Below are positions 60,447-64,000 of a DNA stretch of 64,000 nucleotides, piece by piece; the first letter of the stretch is position 1, and every line of letters begins with the position of its first letter. The notes under the pieces were generated by a model that had not been told where the DNA came from, made no database searches, and worked only from the letters and a program-made list of their open reading frames with translations. The translations under genes were made by a program, and so were the position numbers. Source of the DNA: an uncultured Verrucomicrobiae bacterium (GTDB lineage Bacteria > Verrucomicrobiota > Verrucomicrobiia > Chthoniobacterales > UBA10450); NCBI GenBank assembly GCA_963726745.1, contig CAVSDR010000003.1, positions 928,001 through 992,000 on the forward strand. The letters are read 5' to 3'.

Positions 60447-61759
60447 TTCCAATCGAAAAGGTCGGCGGTTTTCTGCGCGAGGAACTGCCGGCGCTCCGCC
60501 AGCCAATCCCGGCTGCGCGACAGCCCGTCGGCTAACGAGTCATAATCCGGCGTCTCGGCCGCGGAGGATTCTGCGGAAAACTTTCCGCGCTGGAGCTGTT
60601 GCGCGACCTGCTGGTAAGCGTCGCGGAAGGGCGTGCCTTCTGCCGCCAACCGGCAGGCTTCACGCGCCGCCTGGAGCTCGTCGGTGCAGGCCGCCGCGCA
60701 AGCTTGCTGGTTAATTTCGAGGCCCGGAAGAAGATGCGTCAGCACGCGGAAAAGCTCTTCGCCTTTCGCAGTGATCTCGAGCAGCGGCGCCTTCAGCAGT
60801 TGCTGGTCGCGGTGATAACTCGAGGGCAATCCGCCCGCGAGTTGCCCGAGCAAGCCGGCCAGCCCGCGCAGTTCGCGGCAGCGCGCTCGCGCCAGCTCGA
60901 GCACGTCGGGGTTCCGCTTCTGCGGCATCAAACTCGAGCCAGTGGTGAAAGCATCCGGCAGCCTAACGAATCCATATTCCTCCGTGCTCCAGACGAGCAA
61001 ATCCCAAAGCGCCTTCTCCAGCGTGCCGCCGGCGGAAGTGATCCACGCCGCCAGCGCTTGCTCGTGGCGCCCGCGGCTGTTCATCACATCGATCGGGCTG
61101 CGCTGCGCGCGCGAAAAGCCGAGCAGCTCGGCGCTGCGCTCGCGGTCGAGCGGGACGGGCGATCCGAAGCCCGCGGCCGCGCCCAGCGGGGAACGATCCA
61201 GCCGCTGCCAAAGTGCTGGCAGTTGCTCCAATTCCTCGAGCAAACCTTCCGCAAAAGCGGCACCCCACATTCCCCAACTCGAAGGCATCGCCGGCCGCAT
61301 ATGGGTGTAGCCCGGCAGGACGATCGCCCCATGCTTTTGCGCGAGCGCGAGAAAGGCCGCGGCGCAGCCGTGCAGCGCCTCGCCCAGGTCGAGCAGGCGC
61401 GCGCGCATGAGCAAGCGGAGCGCGGTTTGCACCTGGTCGTTGCGCGAGCGCGCGAGATGAATCCGGCGCCCGGTCGCGCCGAGCTTGGCGGTCAAGGCGG
61501 CTTCCAGCGCAGTGTGCCCATCTTCCTGCTCGGGCGTGATTGTGGGCGGATTTTCTTGCAGCGTCCGCAATTCCCTAACGAGTGCTTTCGCTTCCGCTTC
61601 CGGGAGCAGGCCGGTCTCGCCGAGCATGCGTGCATGCGCCGCGCTCGCTTCCGCATCAAAGGGCAGGAGCGCGAGATCGGTCACGCGATCGTTCCCGACG
61701 GTGAACGCATGGAGCTGTGCATCGAGCGGCAGGTCCTTGGCCCAAAGCGACTCAGACAT
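60443..61759 (-). CDS. argH: Argininosuccinate lyase
   Basis: EDGH, HLARSRNDQV, PGYTHM, TGSSLMPQKRNPDVLE, YHRD.Q, PFRDAY. Confidence 0.95.
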   Translation of the reverse strand: MSESLWAKDLPLDAQLHAFTVGNDRVTDLALLPFDAEASAAHARMLGETGLLPEAEAKALVRELRTLQENPPTITPEQEDGHTALEAALTAKLGATGRRIHLARSRNDQVQTALRLLMRARLLDLGEALHGCAAAFLALAQKHGAIVLPGYTHMRPAMPSSWGMWGAAFAEGLLEELEQLPALWQRLDRSPLGAAAGFGSPVPLDRERSAELLGFSRAQRSPIDVMNSRGRHEQALAAWITSAGGTLEKALWDLLVWSTEEYGFVRLPDAFTTGSSLMPQKRNPDVLELARARCRELRGLAGLLGQLAGGLPSSYHRDQQLLKAPLLEITAKGEELFRVLTHLLPGLEINQQACAAACTDELQAAREACRLAAEGTPFRDAYQQVAQQLQRGKFSAESSAAETPDYDSLADGLSRSRDWLAERRQFLAQKTADLFDWK

Positions 61760-62822
61760 GCGCCACCTCCGCTTGCGCGACGCGCGCGAAATACTCACGG
61801 GCCAGCTGCGCGTAAAAACCGGCGCCGGCGTCGAGTTCCGAGAGAAGCAAATACTCGTTAGGCCGATGGCTCCGGTGAGTGTCGCCGGGCCCGGCCTTGA
61901 CTGCCGGGAGATCACGCAGGAAAGCCCAGTCCGACGCGGTCGCAGAACCGATCGACTCACGCCGGCCTGCGGCCGCGAGGGCGGCCTGCACGATCGCTTC
62001 TTCGGGATCAGTCCCGACCGGTTCGTAGCGCATCGAATGCACCGCGACTTCGCTGTCCAAAGTGCCGGCTATTTTGGCGGCAACTTCGGCCTGCTGGAGA
62101 TTCGGCGTGGTCCGCAGATCGACGAAGAATTCGCAGGTGTCCGGCACCTGATTCCGCGCCAGGCCTCCGTGGATTTGCGTCGTCTGCGCACGGGTTTCGC
62201 CAAGAAGCGGGTGCGGCTCGAAGCGCATCTCCGCGAGCCTGGCGATGTCGCTCGCAGCGACATGGATTGCGTTCCGCCCGAGCCCCGCGTGGGCCACGTG
62301 CGCCGACTCCCCGCGCGCGGTGCACTGCAACAGGAGCATCCCGCGCTGGGCGGTGCACACTTCGAGCGCCGTCGGTTCGCCCACGACCGCGGCATCGAGC
62401 GGGCCGAGGAGCGGTTTGACTGCGCGGATCCCGTCGCCGCCGCGCTCCTCCATTTCCACAAAAGCGAAAGTGACGCGTCCCTCGAGCGCTTCCGCGCGCA
62501 GAGCGCGGGCAGCCAGGATCATCGCGGCCACGCAGCCCTTGGCGTCGTTCGCGCCCAGGCCGGTCAGTTTGCCGTCGACCCAGCGCGGCTGCAGTGGATC
62601 ACTCGACCAGCCTTCGCAGGCCGGGACAGTGTCGAGGTGACTAACGAACAGAAGATGCGGGCGCGCCGCCGCGCCGAGGCTGAACCAGATGCTCGCACCG
62701 GCGCGCTGGACCTCGAAGCCTTCGTCGCGCAACTGCGCGCCCAGCTTGTCGGCTAATTCCGCTTCGCTCCCCGAAACGCTCGGAGTGGCCACGAGGAACT
62801 CCAGGAGGGCGGCCGCATTCAC
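61752..62822 (-). CDS. argE: M20 deacylase (acetylornithine / acetylcitrulline deacetylase)
   Basis: SHLDTVP, GLGANDAKG, EE, VGEPT, GPGD..RSH.PNE; located in the arg operon. Confidence 0.85.
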   Translation of the reverse strand: MNAAALLEFLVATPSVSGSEAELADKLGAQLRDEGFEVQRAGASIWFSLGAAARPHLLFVSHLDTVPACEGWSSDPLQPRWVDGKLTGLGANDAKGCVAAMILAARALRAEALEGRVTFAFVEMEERGGDGIRAVKPLLGPLDAAVVGEPTALEVCTAQRGMLLLQCTARGESAHVAHAGLGRNAIHVAASDIARLAEMRFEPHPLLGETRAQTTQIHGGLARNQVPDTCEFFVDLRTTPNLQQAEVAAKIAGTLDSEVAVHSMRYEPVGTDPEEAIVQAALAAAGRRESIGSATASDWAFLRDLPAVKAGPGDTHRSHRPNEYLLLSELDAGAGFYAQLAREYFARVAQAEVAHV

Positions 62823-63736
62823 GGGCTCGATTCGTTAGGCCGCTGCGCCACCACCATCGTGCCGCTGCCTTCGTTGGTGAAGACCTCGGCGAGGATGGCA
62901 TCGGAAAGCAGGCCGGAAACGAGGTGAACGCTCGGGACGCCGTCGGACAAGGCGTCGCGCGTGGCCGCGATCTTTGGTTTCATCCCGGTTTGGATCGCGC
63001 CGCTCGCCTCGAGTTCGTTCAGTTTCGCCAAATCGACCAGCGGCAGGAGGCTGCGCTCGTCATTTGGATTCGCGAGCAGGCCGGGCGCGCGCAGGACAAA
63101 GAAAAGTTTCTCCGCGCCTAACGAGGAGGCGACCGCGGCCGCGACGGAGTCGGCATTGGTGTTAAGAATTTGCTGTTTGTCGTCCACGGTGAAAGGCGCG
63201 ATCACCGGGACGTAGTGCGCGCTGATCAAGTGACGCAGGAGTTGAGGACGGACTTTCTCGATGTCGCCCACGCAACCGAAGTCGACCGTCTGGCCATCGA
63301 TCTCCACCGGAGGGCGGCGCCGACTGCGAATGAGTCCGCAGTCCTGCCCGGACAAGCCCACCGCCGGCAAACCGGCCGCCTGCAGGTCGGCGATCAAGTT
63401 CATCTGCGCCTGGCCTTTCAAGGCCATCTTCGCGACCTCGAGTGCTTCGGGCGATGTGATCCGCCGGCCGCCGACCTTGCTCGTGCTCACCCCGAGCTTT
63501 TCGCACAGCGCGTCCGTCGCCGGGCCGCCGCCGTGCACGATCACCAGCGGAATGGCAAAGCTGGAGAGCAACGCGAGCTGGCCGCAGACGCTCCGGCGCA
63601 GGGTGTCATCGGCCAGAATGTCGCCGCCGATTTTGACCACGAAAGGTTTGTCGCGAAAGGCGCGCACGTATTTGGCGGCGTCCTTCAGCGGATCGAATGG
63701 GGAGGAGTGCGGCATCGTCGTTAGTTCAGCAACCAT
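62819..63736 (-). CDS. argB: Acetylglutamate kinase
   Basis: FVVKIGG, IVHGGG, GRRIT, LNTNAD, GMKPK, EVFT.EGSGT. Confidence 0.93.
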   Translation of the reverse strand: MVAELTTMPHSSPFDPLKDAAKYVRAFRDKPFVVKIGGDILADDTLRRSVCGQLALLSSFAIPLVIVHGGGPATDALCEKLGVSTSKVGGRRITSPEALEVAKMALKGQAQMNLIADLQAAGLPAVGLSGQDCGLIRSRRRPPVEIDGQTVDFGCVGDIEKVRPQLLRHLISAHYVPVIAPFTVDDKQQILNTNADSVAAAVASSLGAEKLFFVLRAPGLLANPNDERSLLPLVDLAKLNELEASGAIQTGMKPKIAATRDALSDGVPSVHLVSGLLSDAILAEVFTNEGSGTMVVAQRPNESSP

Positions 63737-64000
63737 TCAAGCAGCGCACGCTGCACATGAAAGCGGTTTTCCGCCTCGTCGATCACGCGGCTGCGCGGCC
63801 CGTCGAGGACCGCGTCTGCGATCTCGACATTCCGGCGCACCGGCAGGCAGTGGAGGAAAATCGCGTCGCGCGCTGCCTGGGCAAAGTGCTCCGGCGTGAC
63901 CATCCAACCGGGAAACTGCGTGACTGTTTCCGGCGGCAACCCCGCAGCCGTCGCTGGTCCCCAGGCCTTCGCGTAAACCGCGCGCGCGCCAGCGAGGGCG
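63721..64000 (-). CDS. argF: N-acyl-ornithine carbamoyltransferase (ArgF'), 3' end only
   Basis: VYAKAWG ... [12 protein letters not shown]...AENR. The HCLPxRRN motif is typical of acetyl/succinyl-ornithine transcarbamylases. Confidence 0.8.
   Translation of the reverse strand, partial: ALAGARAVYAKAWGPATAAGLPPETVTQFPGWMVTPEHFAQAARDAIFLHCLPVRRNVEIADAVLDGPRSRVIDEAENRFHVQRALLEWLLN

Larger units (their letters stand above)
3203..63726. repeat. Dispersed over-represented motif GCCTAACGA (core CTAACGA)
   Basis: Exact copies on +: 7151, 10377, 11687, 12781, 20271, 24482, 29356, 44599, 47139, 51515, 58100, 58300, 60961, 63116. On - (TCGTTAGGC): 3203, 5349, 6390, 8996, 12519, 19250, 21904, 35088, 35909, 41362, 43194, 53215, 54776, 61855, 62832. 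Twelve more copies have the core only. Confidence 0.9.

Noticed and set aside
585..63000. Frequent CGATCG / GCGATCGC resembling cyanobacterial HIP1
   Set aside because: Plausibly explained by the preferred codons GCG-ATC-GCN in a GC-rich genome; I could not show excess without a codon-aware null.
3203..63726. GCCTAACGA as a base-calling artefact, CRISPR repeat or IS end
   Set aside because: It preserves conserved amino acids in four frames, is dispersed singly, and has no spacers, target duplications or transposase. An artefact is unlikely, though not formally excluded without reads.

Overview
GC-rich (about two-thirds GC by eye) bacterial chromosomal window, almost fully coding. The PEP-CTERM/exosortase pair, the H-X9-DG prepilin-like protein and the giant Calx-beta protein with tandem C-terminal 'NISTR' domains suggest Verrucomicrobiota (Chthoniobacterales-like); this is inference. 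It holds housekeeping and metabolic genes (galK, hrpB, SNF2 helicase, pdxH, cls, cysteine desulfurase, hisC, mnmE, pyrD, bioB, lysA, pilT-like, sodC, aguB and an argF'-B-E-H-G-X-C operon). About ten genes carry single-base frameshifts that look like long-read consensus errors. I found no rRNA, tRNA, CRISPR array or transposase. The most striking signal is not a gene: the non-palindromic 9-mer GCCTAACGA occurs 29 times exactly (14 on +, 15 on -), and its core CTAACGA 41 times, by manual count. It sits inside genes in four different sense frames and often forces rare TTA/CTA Leu codons, as a DNA-uptake-sequence-like motif would. Other candidates are a DUF1611-like P-loop protein inside the arg operon, a DUF2946-like leader ORF before a metal-uptake operon, and two identically inactivated pseudokinases flanking an HPr gene.
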